Source: Candidatus Cloacimonadales bacterium (GTDB lineage: Bacteria > Cloacimonadota > Cloacimonadia > Cloacimonadales > JAIOQZ01). Taken from it: 64,000 nucleotides of DNA. Position numbers and translations under genes: made by a program. Positions within the stretch are counted from its first letter, which is position 1, and every line of letters starts with the position of its first letter. The notes under the pieces are model-generated. The model had not been told where the DNA came from. It made no database searches and worked only from the letters and a program-made list of their open reading frames with translations. Location of the stretch: the NCBI GenBank assembly GCA_963674825.1, contig OY771587.1, positions 1,856,001-1,920,000 on the forward strand, in the 5' to 3' direction. Shown piece after piece: positions 41,371 through 51,089 of this stretch.

Positions 41371-43758
41371 TTAATGGAAAGGCTTAATATTGGCATTCGG
41401 GCCGAAATTTTCTTTCAATGACGTAAAAATATTTCTTGACTCGTAAAAACCATTCACATCATCATTCCTATTAAGAAGAAGCGTATAGAGTCCTATGTAT
41501 CTATCGATAAACTGGTTATATTGCTGAAGTCCCCAAAATGTCTGCCTGCGCCCCCTTTTCAAAGTCTCCATAAGGTGCTTATTCTTATTGATATACTCTT
41601 TGAAGAAACGTAAATATGTAATATGCTCTGTGACGATTTGATGGATGTAAAACATCTTTGATCCACTCGCTGTTGTTGAGCACCATTTAGATTCAAGAAA
41701 TTCTTGATTTGTCAACTTGATGTCGTCTTTTAAGCAGGTAAGAATCTTATCGTATAGAATACACACTCTCTTATATACACTTTTCACCACAACAACAAAC
41801 TCGTATGTTTTTTCTGGATACTTCATGTCACGGTTCTTATCCTTGTCTTGTTCATTAGGGTAATATGGTATTTTATTAAAAGCCAGATAGAGTGGCACAA
41901 TATATTTATTTGATCTTGAGCAATTAAAGAACTCAAAATTTGTTGAAATGCGATCAATGAAATACTTTCCCAAAGGAGTCAGTCTAATAAAGACCATATC
42001 TTTCTTGGACCTAAAAATGGTGTCAATGATCTTTTCATCGCTCATATTCTTCTGGAGGCTATCAAGTTGTTTCTTTGTCCAATCCTTATAATCAAGCACG
42101 ATGAATCGCTGCCAGTCTCCCTCTTTTGCCCGATAAAGTTGCTTCAGAGTGTCCGATAGCTTGAAGAGGGCTCTATATTGATGCGAAAAATCGCTATTGT
42201 AAGAATCCTCCAAATCTTTTAAGGTAGTAGTGCATTCGTAACCTCCATACGAAGAATTCCGAATAAATGTCAGCACCATACGCTCTAGGCTACATTTCTG
42301 GTTTTTTACGCTTGAGCTTGGCAACGCTATTTGTTTGAAATTATCGTTGTTTATTAAGCTGAAAAAATATACAGTAAAGTCCATTATACTATTACACGGA
42401 AAGTTCTTTGATATTGCTTCATCCTCTGGCCGATCATTTAATGCCAGCTCTTCAAAAAGTTTACTCCACTCAGCCCCAAAGATATCGAAATTGTTTGGAT
42501 TAACGAGGGTTGTCCTTTCCCTTAGCATTTTTAATGTTGCACTTACTCTGTTTTCTTCCAAGTCGTAATCGGAACTAGCACAGCGAAGGGATTTCATAAA
42601 TTTCGTTGAATCATTATTAAAAATGGATGGAAGCCATTTGTCTCGTTTCGTATTATAACCTGCAATATTTGTCCAAGAATTGTAAAGTTTAAAGAGTCCA
42701 AGCTCTTTTTTTTCTTCACTTTGCCCATTTGTGATGTATTGATATCGTTTACGCTGGATATCAAATGTGCTTGAAAGCTTTGAGAGAGTAGATATCTGAG
42801 ATTTATTGCTATATTGTTCAGCAGCTTCAGGCGGTACCAGATTTGAGTAAACATTTCGGTAGACTAAAATAAACTTTACCCTTTCTCTCCAATCAAAACT
42901 AGACACTTTAGGAATGATCTCTTTAATATTGCTTGTAACTTCAAACAAAATTCTCCACAATGGGATTTGTAAAAACCTGAAATCGATACCATCAAGATTA
43001 TCAAATACAAGGTAACATCCCTTAAATTTAAGTAATTCAGATTCAATGACAGACGTGACGCAGAACAACAATAGTTGACCTATCGGATTTAACATGTTAT
43101 ATATTTTTTCGACTGCATCAACTTCACCTGGCATAAACTTCGACACTAAAAGAGCTTTCTTCACATCCTCTTCAGTTATCTTCTTCTGACGCCCTAGATT
43201 AGTTCTATCGTGCAATACTGAGAGAGTCAGGTTATTATAGTGGTCAATAAAATTTTCACAAAGTACCCTATCCTTGAAACGCATATCCCAAAGAAGATTG
43301 ATTACTATATCTCTAATTTCAGGATGGGCTCGAATCTTTTCTAGAAGATATATCTTAATCGTTCTGAAGAAAATAGTCTCGCTTTGCTCATTCCTTTTAA
43401 ACTCTGTTCCTCCCTGGAAAGAAAGAAGCGGATTAACAATAACAGGATTGAAATCATCTTCTAGAAACGTGTTAAAAAACTGCGCTGTTGTTTCCTTGCG
43501 AAACAAACTATTGATCAAAGTAGATTTACCAAGCTTTGCGTAGCCTGTCACAATATTTATATAGGACTTATTTGACTTCTTGTCAGTTATCGAGCTGATC
43601 AACTTCTCCCTGAAAATCCTAAAATCCCTGTCAGCAATGAAGAAGTCCTGATAAAACAATTTCTCAAACTCACTTTGCTTGGCCTCGCGTTCATCAAAGT
43701 AGTTTTTATCATATGGGCTAAACTCTAAAACATTGGAATCTTTCTGCAAGTATTTCAT
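41371..43758 (-). CDS. Large P-loop NTPase of unknown family
   Basis: Walker A IVTGYAKLGKST and Walker B-like YLVFDNLD; AT-rich codon usage. Confidence 0.7.
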   Translation of the reverse strand: MKYLQKDSNVLEFSPYDKNYFDEREAKQSEFEKLFYQDFFIADRDFRIFREKLISSITDKKSNKSYINIVTGYAKLGKSTLINSLFRKETTAQFFNTFLEDDFNPVIVNPLLSFQGGTEFKRNEQSETIFFRTIKIYLLEKIRAHPEIRDIVINLLWDMRFKDRVLCENFIDHYNNLTLSVLHDRTNLGRQKKITEEDVKKALLVSKFMPGEVDAVEKIYNMLNPIGQLLLFCVTSVIESELLKFKGCYLVFDNLDGIDFRFLQIPLWRILFEVTSNIKEIIPKVSSFDWRERVKFILVYRNVYSNLVPPEAAEQYSNKSQISTLSKLSSTFDIQRKRYQYITNGQSEEKKELGLFKLYNSWTNIAGYNTKRDKWLPSIFNNDSTKFMKSLRCASSDYDLEENRVSATLKMLRERTTLVNPNNFDIFGAEWSKLFEELALNDRPEDEAISKNFPCNSIMDFTVYFFSLINNDNFKQIALPSSSVKNQKCSLERMVLTFIRNSSYGGYECTTTLKDLEDSYNSDFSHQYRALFKLSDTLKQLYRAKEGDWQRFIVLDYKDWTKKQLDSLQKNMSDEKIIDTIFRSKKDMVFIRLTPLGKYFIDRISTNFEFFNCSRSNKYIVPLYLAFNKIPYYPNEQDKDKNRDMKYPEKTYEFVVVVKSVYKRVCILYDKILTCLKDDIKLTNQEFLESKWCSTTASGSKMFYIHQIVTEHITYLRFFKEYINKNKHLMETLKRGRRQTFWGLQQYNQFIDRYIGLYTLLLNRNDDVNGFYESRNIFTSLKENFGPNANIKPFH

Positions 43759-44186
43759 GGGCGTTGTCCTTGATTGTTGGCGACGATGTACTCGCTTAGG
43801 GCTATAATCCTTTTCCTCTTGGATTCCGTAATTTGATGGACATTTTCGATTTTAGAGGTCTCTTCGAGGAGATCGTAAAGCCCCTGGATCTCATGCTGGA
43901 TTTGTGATCGCCGCAATGGCCGGTAATGCGTTAAAAACTTGTGATATATATCGATATTATACACATTCAGTAGTCGCTCGTAATCAAGCTTGTTATCAAC
44001 AAAGATTTGTGACTTGATTTCAATATAAAGATTTGTGAGGTTATCTGCTCGGTTATCGTTCCGTTGACCGATACTTGACCAAAGACTGAATGCAACCTTG
44101 ACAAGATGCACAGTAACCATAACTATCAAAACCATGATAAGAAGAGACAGACTACCTTGAAATATTGATTTGATTAATTGATCCAT
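43755..44186 (-). CDS. Small protein with N-terminal transmembrane helix, translationally coupled to the NTPase
   Basis: Hydrophobic stretch LSLLIMVLIVMVTVHLVKVAFSLW; ATGA overlap at 43755-43758. Confidence 0.65.
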   Translation of the reverse strand: MDQLIKSIFQGSLSLLIMVLIVMVTVHLVKVAFSLWSSIGQRNDNRADNLTNLYIEIKSQIFVDNKLDYERLLNVYNIDIYHKFLTHYRPLRRSQIQHEIQGLYDLLEETSKIENVHQITESKRKRIIALSEYIVANNQGQRP

Positions 44187-44303
44187 AAGTTTATCCCCGT
44201 AAATTCAATCAAGCAGAAATGCAATTAGCACGTCAAGGAAATTTTACCGTCAATTAACATTTACTTGATATGACTTATGGTTTTTAATAGGGTTTATTCG
44301 CTA

Positions 44304-44515
44304 AAACGCAGTTTGTCGATGCGGAGACGGGCGAGAAGATCACGGTGTTCCCCTGGCAGATTCGCAAGGATTACCTGGAGCAATTCCACGGCGTGGCCGA
44401 TTACATCAAACAGAAATGCCACGAATACCGCGTGGAATACAATCCTATTACCACCGATACGCCCTTCGAACAAAATCTGATGAACTATCTGATCAAACGC
44501 AGCCGCTTGCATTGA
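44304..44515 (+). pseudogene. Direct repeat copy 2: headless 3' fragment of the DUF58 gene
   Basis: Encodes TQFVDAETGEKITVFPWQIRKDYLEQFHGVADYIKQKC...KRSRLH* with no start codon. Confidence 0.9.
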
Positions 44516-44524
44516 TGCGTTCTA

Positions 44525-45202
44525 TTACTGGTTGATAATCTCCTGTGCTTCTTCCTTGTCGTCGCTGTAGGTGAAGGCTGAGATGATATTGTGCGAATTC
44601 TCACGATCGACAACCATCGGATAAAGGAGACGCAGTGCGGCGATCTGGTCGTCGGAATAGGTCAGGACGGTGATAACACGCACGGTTTGATCCACGGTGA
44701 AATGATTGCGTTTGGCAGCCGACCGGATGACATTGAGTTGGTCGTCCGCAAAACTTTCGTTCCGAATCTGGTTCAGGAGATTGGAGAAATCGGCTTCATT
44801 CATTGCTTGTGAGGTAGGAGCGGATGTCTCCGAAATAACCGGTTCATCCGTCGTGTCGTTGAAGTTGACGTTCAACGAAATGCTCGATGTGGTCGAACTG
44901 CTTGACGTGGTAACTTGAACATGTTCGTCGGTTGGCAGGCTTCCCAGCATGGCGAAAATCTCGTCCATAAGCTTCTTTGCCTTCATGTCGCCGGTTCGCC
45001 CGAGTTTATCCTTGTAGAGCGATTCCAATTCTTCCAGCTTGAGCCCGATATTCTCGACGATCTGACCGGACGATACCGTTCCATTTTGCGTTGTACCGGA
45101 TATCTCTACACTGACTTCCCCGCCGGGTGTTTTAAAGACGATTTCGTCCGCCGTCAGCATTGCGGCGAATAGGAATAGCGCGATTATAATGGTTATTTTC
45201 AT
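44525..45202 (-). CDS. Exported DUF4476-like domain protein
   Basis: Signal peptide; C-terminal M..ADF..L...I..ESF.DD...F...Q...YP..VD..N pattern. Confidence 0.65.
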   Translation of the reverse strand: MKITIIIALFLFAAMLTADEIVFKTPGGEVSVEISGTTQNGTVSSGQIVENIGLKLEELESLYKDKLGRTGDMKAKKLMDEIFAMLGSLPTDEHVQVTTSSSSTTSSISLNVNFNDTTDEPVISETSAPTSQAMNEADFSNLLNQIRNESFADDQLNVIRSAAKRNHFTVDQTVRVITVLTYSDDQIAALRLLYPMVVDRENSHNIISAFTYSDDKEEAQEIINQ

Positions 45203-45383
45203 AGTAAACCTCCTGAGAAAAACTTAGACTGTACTTGAATTGTCTGGATTCATGCGTCAATATCTTTTTCCGTAAGGAATTATTTACAGTGATTATAAAG
45301 TCCTTAAGTTATTGAAGCCGTTATTTCAGATGACTCTTTGGCGTTTGATGTAACGATACCCCATAACATTGTATCGCATTTAT

Positions 45384-46526
45384 TTACAGCGTTGGAAGAT
45401 ATTTGTGTACCAGCCAGTTCTTCATGTTCTCGTCTCTGCCGAAAGCTTCGTAGAACATGAACAGTCGCAGGCACCCAAAGAAAAACGCCTGCTGACGGAT
45501 ATCCTCGCGTTGTTCCTCGTCTGGCGAATCGAAGTAATAGCGCTCGAACAGCTCCCATACCCGAAACGCCAGCTCTGGCTCCATACCTACGGCGCGTTCC
45601 GATATATGTGTTTGCCGGCTGCAATAGAAGATGTTGTAAATTTGCCCCACATCGAACATGGGATGGCCCAGCGAGAAGTCACCCAGGTCAATCAGACGAG
45701 GCTCACCGTCTTGTATAAGTATGTTACTGGTGTGAAGGTCTCCGTGAACGCAAGTGTCCACTTCCGGTATAGCGAGGACCTTCTCCAAGATCAATGAGCG
45801 CTGCTTATCATCGAGGAAGTCCACTGTTTGAATAGCTTTCTGACAGGCATCACGGGTTCTGGAGAAAACAGCAGGGTTTCCTTTTGTGGTGTGAATAAGC
45901 TTGCATACGTCGGAAAACATACGAACAAGCTCTTCCAGCCTATCGGGGTTTTCCACGATCAGTTGCGAAAGAGTCTTCGCGTTGAGCATCTCATACAGGA
46001 TACCTTTACGCCGTTCATGAGCCACAATATCATATGAAATAGCCGTAGGCAGTCCGGCTACGAAGGCGGCGCGCGCATATGCTTTTTCTCTTTCCGCAAT
46101 CTCGTCCGAAACGTGTTCGAAATACAGTTTGAGCAGCGTTTCATCGTCCACCCGATAGCACTCGCCCGTCACCCCACGCGCAATGCACTCCAACCCAGCG
46201 ATGGACACCTGACGCAACATCGGCTCGATATGCATGATATCTGTGAAGCCTGTGGTGGTGAATATCTCCATTATGGGGGCGGGTACGTTGATGATGCTCA
46301 AGCTTCCTTTCGCGGCCAGCTTCTTGTGAACGGCGAGCAGTACGCGCAGCCCGGCACTGGAGATAAATCGAAGATCGCCAAGGTCTGCTACCAGCCGTAC
46401 GTTGTTTTCAACCTCTTTTATGAGATCGGCTTCCAGCGCTGGCGCTGTGAAAGAGTCGATTCGACCGGCGAGGAATACTTTCAGTTGGTTGTCTGTTCTT
46501 TCTGTTTTCATTTTGTACCGATCCAT
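45384..46526 (-). CDS. STAS (anti-anti-sigma-like) domain fused to an APH/choline-kinase-like phosphotransferase
   Basis: STAS GRIDS...FISSAGLR; kinase HGDLHTSN and LIDLG. Start placed at ATG 46526. Confidence 0.8.
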   Translation of the reverse strand: MDRYKMKTERTDNQLKVFLAGRIDSFTAPALEADLIKEVENNVRLVADLGDLRFISSAGLRVLLAVHKKLAAKGSLSIINVPAPIMEIFTTTGFTDIMHIEPMLRQVSIAGLECIARGVTGECYRVDDETLLKLYFEHVSDEIAEREKAYARAAFVAGLPTAISYDIVAHERRKGILYEMLNAKTLSQLIVENPDRLEELVRMFSDVCKLIHTTKGNPAVFSRTRDACQKAIQTVDFLDDKQRSLILEKVLAIPEVDTCVHGDLHTSNILIQDGEPRLIDLGDFSLGHPMFDVGQIYNIFYCSRQTHISERAVGMEPELAFRVWELFERYYFDSPDEEQREDIRQQAFFFGCLRLFMFYEAFGRDENMKNWLVHKYLPTL

Positions 46527-46613
46527 TTTATTGATTCCTGCGTGCACTTCGTTATCAATCCGATCGAGAAAAACCAAATGAACTAACGGATCAATCGCGG
46601 TCATCTGTATAGT

Positions 46614-47354
46614 TCAATAAACCGTCGTCATCTCTTCCCACGTAATAGTGAAGCTGTTTACTCCGTCGATCATTTCCTTTCGAGTGTAACGCACATCACC
46701 TTCTGTGTCCTGGACGAAAATGAAACTGTTGGCAGAGAGGTTCATATAGCCTTCGAATTCTCCGTATTCATTGATCATGGGAAAGGCGTAGGTGCAGTAA
46801 AGACCAGGCAGGGGCTGAATGTCGTCAAACATTGCGAAGCCATCTGAAGTTGTGGTTCTGACACCGGGTACATTATCTCCGATGCATTGCAGGAGGTAAA
46901 CATACAGCGTATCCTGCATGGCGATTGCATCCTCCCACCAAACGGTTAGATGCCCTTTATACACGCCTTGCTCAACAGTTTCGCCGAGATAATTTCTACC
47001 GCTCCATATCAGGGAGTGGGCTCCCGAAGGCAGATTTTCGTCGATCGGCATACTGACGAATCGATCCCAATAATCGGTAATGACAAGCTTCGTCGGACAG
47101 GAGCCGAATCCGTAGTCATCGATTGTGAAACGAATTTGCGTAACCGGGCGTAAGCTCAGGCTGTACACATTGTAGGACGAAAGCTGTACCAGATATCCGT
47201 CAAGTGGCTCACCCAATTCGTTCTGCAATAGCACTTCGCATGAGAATGGCGCTTCGGGTACTTCGACTTCCACGATTTCGGTAACGGTCTTTTCTTTTTC
47301 GCAGGCCATGAGCAGAAAACAAAACAGTACAGTGACGATAATCATCAGTTTCAT
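46614..47354 (-). CDS. Lipoprotein with internal FlgD-Ig-like segment (paralog B)
   Basis: Lipobox LMAC; ITDYW...G.HSLIWSG...GETV..GVYK. Confidence 0.7.
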   Translation of the reverse strand: MKLMIIVTVLFCFLLMACEKEKTVTEIVEVEVPEAPFSCEVLLQNELGEPLDGYLVQLSSYNVYSLSLRPVTQIRFTIDDYGFGSCPTKLVITDYWDRFVSMPIDENLPSGAHSLIWSGRNYLGETVEQGVYKGHLTVWWEDAIAMQDTLYVYLLQCIGDNVPGVRTTTSDGFAMFDDIQPLPGLYCTYAFPMINEYGEFEGYMNLSANSFIFVQDTEGDVRYTRKEMIDGVNSFTITWEEMTTVY

Positions 47355-47357
47355 GAA

Positions 47358-48053
47358 CTATTCTTCTGCCTCGGGAGTCAACTCCTCCCACGTAATGGTG
47401 AAGCTGTTCTTGCCGTCTGTCATCTCGCGCTGGGTGTAGCGGATTTCTCCGTCGGGAGCCTGTACGATGATATAGCTGTTAGGAGACAGATCAAGAAAAC
47501 CGATGGCCTCACCGTTCTCACCATAGGCGGGAACTTGCTCCGTGCAATAGATGCCCGGCAGCGGGATGATATTCGTGAACATTGCTGAGCCCTGCTCGGA
47601 AGTGGTGAGTATGCCGGGATTGTCTTCCTCGATTCCGTAGAGGAGGTATATGAAGTCTTGCTTTTCATATTCGACAACGCCATCATTCCAGGATTTCAGC
47701 CAGTACTTGTATAGCCCCATTATGACGGTTTCACCGTCCTCATCTTTTCCGTCCCATGCCAGCGAGTGTTCTCCATTATCCTCATACTCGATTTCTCGCA
47801 CGAAATTGCCCCAGTAATCGGCGATGGTCAGGGTAATATCATTGGGATCATTAATGTCGCGCTCGGCAATGACGATCGATTCACCGTCGTATTTATTGAG
47901 CGAGGTAAGTTGGATCCGGTAGTTTTCCAATGGTGCGCCGTCGGCGTTCCGGAGCGTGACTTCGCAAGAGAATGCGGTGTTGGTTCCTGTGCTGTCGTTG
48001 CAAGCGGTCAGAATCAATGCTAAAAAGAACAATGTAAATATTGTGTACCTCAT
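47358..48053 (-). CDS. Lipoprotein with internal FlgD-Ig-like segment (paralog A)
   Basis: Lipobox LTAC; IADYWG...GEHSLAWDGKD..GETV..GLYK; shares FSCEV and NSFTITWEE with paralog B. Confidence 0.7.
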   Translation of the reverse strand: MRYTIFTLFFLALILTACNDSTGTNTAFSCEVTLRNADGAPLENYRIQLTSLNKYDGESIVIAERDINDPNDITLTIADYWGNFVREIEYEDNGEHSLAWDGKDEDGETVIMGLYKYWLKSWNDGVVEYEKQDFIYLLYGIEEDNPGILTTSEQGSAMFTNIIPLPGIYCTEQVPAYGENGEAIGFLDLSPNSYIIVQAPDGEIRYTQREMTDGKNSFTITWEELTPEAEE

Positions 48054-48193
48054 GGTCAAACCTCCATCTGTGTTAATTTAGGAACTCATCATCGAGGATG
48101 TCAAGACATTCTCACACCCGTATTTCTTGAAATAGCTTGACGGTACCACACAATTGGAAAATGGTTTCTAATCAATTTCGGTGGAGGAACCGA

Positions 48194-50452
48194 ATGCCGG
48201 AAAAAGAGCAAACACAGAATATAAATGAAATGACACCGCTTGATTTAATTGAAGCAGGAACGAAGTTAGCGGGTCGCAAAGAACTTGTGCAAGCGAACGA
48301 GATTCTATCGCTTTTAGAGAATTACTATGCAAAGCAGGAATGCCCGGTCGAATATGTCGAAATTGTGAAAGGTGCGATTTCCTTCAGTGAACATCGTTTT
48401 GACGAGGCGATTTCCAATTTCGAGCACTGTGTCCCGTATTTATCGGAGCATGAAATGATTCCCGAATTGATGTACGTCTGCAATGCACTTGGCACCATTT
48501 ATCGTACAAAAAACGAATACCACCGTGCCATCTACTGGCAACAATACGCCCTGGAAGGCAGGGAAGAAACGCTGAAGCCGTATGTCATCGGCGTACTGTA
48601 TAACAATATGGGGAACTCGTATACTCAGCTTAGCGAGTTTGATAAAGCGCTCGAATGTTGCTTCAAATCCATGAAGATTCGCGAGGAAATCGGAGATTTG
48701 ACCGGCGTGGCGAGTTGCAACCTCAATATCGCTGAGGTTTATATTGAGATGAACGAACTCGGTAACGCGGCTCAATTCGTTGAGAACGCCATTTCATTCT
48801 ACCGTGAGAATGGGAAAGAAATTCAACTGTCCAAAGCCCTCAATATGATGGGAGCTCTGTGCAAGGATTTCGGGAAACTGGATCAAGCAATAACGGTGTT
48901 GCTTGAATCGCTGGAAATCAAGGAGAAATACAACCAGATCAATCTCATTCATGTCACATTGCATACGCTGGGGCTTGTGTACCGGGAAAAGGGTGATTAT
49001 GAGAAATCGCGATCATTTTTCGAACGGTCCCTGGAGATACGCAGAGAATTGGGACATAATGACAATGTGGCGTCATCGCTGCTTGCGCTGGCATATACCT
49101 ATCTGTTAGAGGAACGGTATAACGAAGCGATCGATTACTGCATGCAGGCATCGGCGATCGAAATCCATCGCAAGGGGCTGCTGCACGATATGAATGAAAT
49201 TCTCTCCGCTTGCTACATCGAGTTGGGCGATTTCGAGCGTGCGTGCAAATATCAGAGCGAGAAGTACAACCATGCAATAGAAGTATATAAGGAAGAACGC
49301 GCAGCGAAACTGGCTGAAGCGCAGACACGATTCGACCTGGAAACCCAGAAAAAAGAAGCGGAGATCTATCGTCTGAAGAATGTCGAGTTATTGGAGAAAA
49401 ACCGGCAGATCGAAGAGCAGAAAGCATGCATCGAAGAAACACTACGTAAGCTAAGGAAAAGCGAACGATCCCTCGATTTTATCCAGGAGCGCTTTATCGA
49501 GATAGCTGGTCGTAAGATCATCGGTGACAGCGACGAGGTGAAGGGAATCCTGAACATGGTAGGGAAAGTCGCCAAGACAGATAACACAACAGTGCTGATT
49601 ATTGGCGAAAGCGGTACGGGTAAGGAGCTTATTGCACGTGCAATCCACGATGCCAGCCGTCGCTCGAAACAATTCTTTCATGGCGTGAACTCTTCCGCAA
49701 TATCCTCCACCCTTTTCGAAAGTGAGCTTTTCGGGTATGAGAAGGGGGCCTTCACTGGCGCGGTTACAGCCAGACCGGGGTGGTTTGAAGTCGCAAACGG
49801 TGGAACACTGTTCCTGGATGAGATCGGAACCATGCCCATTGATCAGCAGATCAAGCTGCTACGCGTCCTGGAAGAGCGAAATGTCATCCGCGTGGGGGCA
49901 CGTAACCAGATTGCTGTCGATGTCAGAATCATATCTGCCACCAACCAGAATCTCACCGACCTGGTAAACGAAGGCAAGTTCCGTGAGGATCTTTACCATC
50001 GTCTGGCGGCATTCGTAATCCACATCCCACCGCTCAGAGAGAGAAAATCGGACATCCCCATCTTGTTCGAGCACTACATTTCCTACTTCTCGAAGGCTAT
50101 GAATAAGTCGATCCGTCGAATTGATCCACTTGTTATCGAGATACTCATGGGATACTCGTTCCCTGGAAATATCCGCGAACTAAAAAACCTCGCGGAAAAG
50201 GCTGTTATTCTCTGCGAGAGCAGCACATTGCAGCCTGAACATATCGAGATCCACGCAAAATCACTGGCTAAGGTCACAACATCCGACGATACGCTCAATC
50301 TTGCTGATCTGGAGGAACGAGCAGTTCGTCGTGCGCTGGAATTGACGAGCGGCAATCAGGCTGCTGCCGCGCGATTGCTGGGCATTACCTCAAAGTCTGT
50401 AGAGCGCCGTCTTGTGAAGTACGGAATTCCCACTCGATTCCAGATAACCTGA
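48194..50452 (+). CDS. TPR-domain sigma54-dependent enhancer-binding protein (AAA+, Fis HTH)
   Basis: TPR repeats; coiled coil; [47 protein letters not shown]. Start ATG 48194 after GGAGG. Confidence 0.93.
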   Translation: MPEKEQTQNINEMTPLDLIEAGTKLAGRKELVQANEILSLLENYYAKQECPVEYVEIVKGAISFSEHRFDEAISNFEHCVPYLSEHEMIPELMYVCNALGTIYRTKNEYHRAIYWQQYALEGREETLKPYVIGVLYNNMGNSYTQLSEFDKALECCFKSMKIREEIGDLTGVASCNLNIAEVYIEMNELGNAAQFVENAISFYRENGKEIQLSKALNMMGALCKDFGKLDQAITVLLESLEIKEKYNQINLIHVTLHTLGLVYREKGDYEKSRSFFERSLEIRRELGHNDNVASSLLALAYTYLLEERYNEAIDYCMQASAIEIHRKGLLHDMNEILSACYIELGDFERACKYQSEKYNHAIEVYKEERAAKLAEAQTRFDLETQKKEAEIYRLKNVELLEKNRQIEEQKACIEETLRKLRKSERSLDFIQERFIEIAGRKIIGDSDEVKGILNMVGKVAKTDNTTVLIIGESGTGKELIARAIHDASRRSKQFFHGVNSSAISSTLFESELFGYEKGAFTGAVTARPGWFEVANGGTLFLDEIGTMPIDQQIKLLRVLEERNVIRVGARNQIAVDVRIISATNQNLTDLVNEGKFREDLYHRLAAFVIHIPPLRERKSDIPILFEHYISYFSKAMNKSIRRIDPLVIEILMGYSFPGNIRELKNLAEKAVILCESSTLQPEHIEIHAKSLAKVTTSDDTLNLADLEERAVRRALELTSGNQAAAARLLGITSKSVERRLVKYGIPTRFQIT

Positions 50453-50464
50453 CGAAAACGTCAG
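50449..50464. promoter_or_regulatory. Palindrome CTGACG-N4-CGTCAG, candidate enhancer site 1
   Basis: Perfect 6-bp arms; overlaps the activator stop codon. Confidence 0.5.
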
Positions 50465-50545
50465 ATATGACGATTTGGAGAAATTAATGGAGTATGTCGT
50501 AACTAATTATATATAAGTTTCTTAAGCACATATCATACCTACATG

Positions 50546-50570
50546 CCTGACGTTTGCGTCAGGTTTTTTT
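50546..50570 (+). promoter_or_regulatory. Palindrome CCTGACG-N4-CGTCAGG plus T7; candidate enhancer site 2 and/or intrinsic terminator
   Basis: Same arms as site 1, followed by seven T residues. Confidence 0.55.
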
Positions 50571-50647
50571 ATGCATTTTGATATTATACATCCGATTTTT
50601 TATACCCGTTGTTTTTAACCTACTGATAAATAATGATGTTACGGGGG

Positions 50648-50663
50648 TGGCACAAGAAATGTA
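50648..50663 (+). promoter_or_regulatory. Putative sigma54 -24/-12 promoter
   Basis: TGGCAC-AAGAA-ATGTA: perfect -24 box, imperfect -12 box (GT instead of GC). Confidence 0.5.
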
Positions 50664-50695
50664 TTAATAGCCGGTAAATCAAAATTGGAGCGATT

Positions 50696-51055
50696 ATGAA
50701 TATTTTGTTGATCGGCTCGAACGGTATAACGTCGGAGCTTCTTGAGTATTTGCAAAAGATCGTCGATGGATCTGTTTTCCTGGCGACTTCTGTGAAGGAA
50801 GCTCTTCATCTTGTGCGAAACTACTCATTTCGTTTCATCGTGCTCAATATAAGCAGTGAACAGGATCTTCCCATCTACAGGGAGATCATGATGCACGCAA
50901 AGCAGGCGATGCAGATCGTTTGTGGTGGCGATATCCAGCAGATGAAAAAGGTACTCGAAAATGGTGCGGCGACCTGGGTTCCAGACTTCGAGACGCTTGT
51001 GACCTTCCTTGAGTTCCAAGAGGAACGGAGATATCAATCTCAACAATCACGATGA
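50696..51055 (+). CDS. Single-domain pseudo-receiver (CheY-like)
   Basis: Receiver-like pattern MNILLI...A.SVKEAL.L.....F..IVLN with the acidic residues replaced. Confidence 0.6.
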   Translation: MNILLIGSNGITSELLEYLQKIVDGSVFLATSVKEALHLVRNYSFRFIVLNISSEQDLPIYREIMMHAKQAMQIVCGGDIQQMKKVLENGAATWVPDFETLVTFLEFQEERRYQSQQSR

Positions 51056-51089
51056 GATAAGAAAACAAATAATATAATCAGGAGGAACT

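Larger units (their letters stand above)
41323..44303. mobile_element. AT-rich ~3 kb genomic islet flanked by duplicated DUF58 3' ends; no integrase
   Basis: Abrupt compositional shift at both ends, flanking 212-bp direct repeat, and two cargo genes on the minus strand. Confidence 0.75.

Noticed and set aside
41111..44515. Diversity-generating retroelement (TR/VR pair)
   Set aside because: Mismatches are mostly C/T and C/G at synonymous sites, not adenine-specific, and no reverse transcriptase is in the window.
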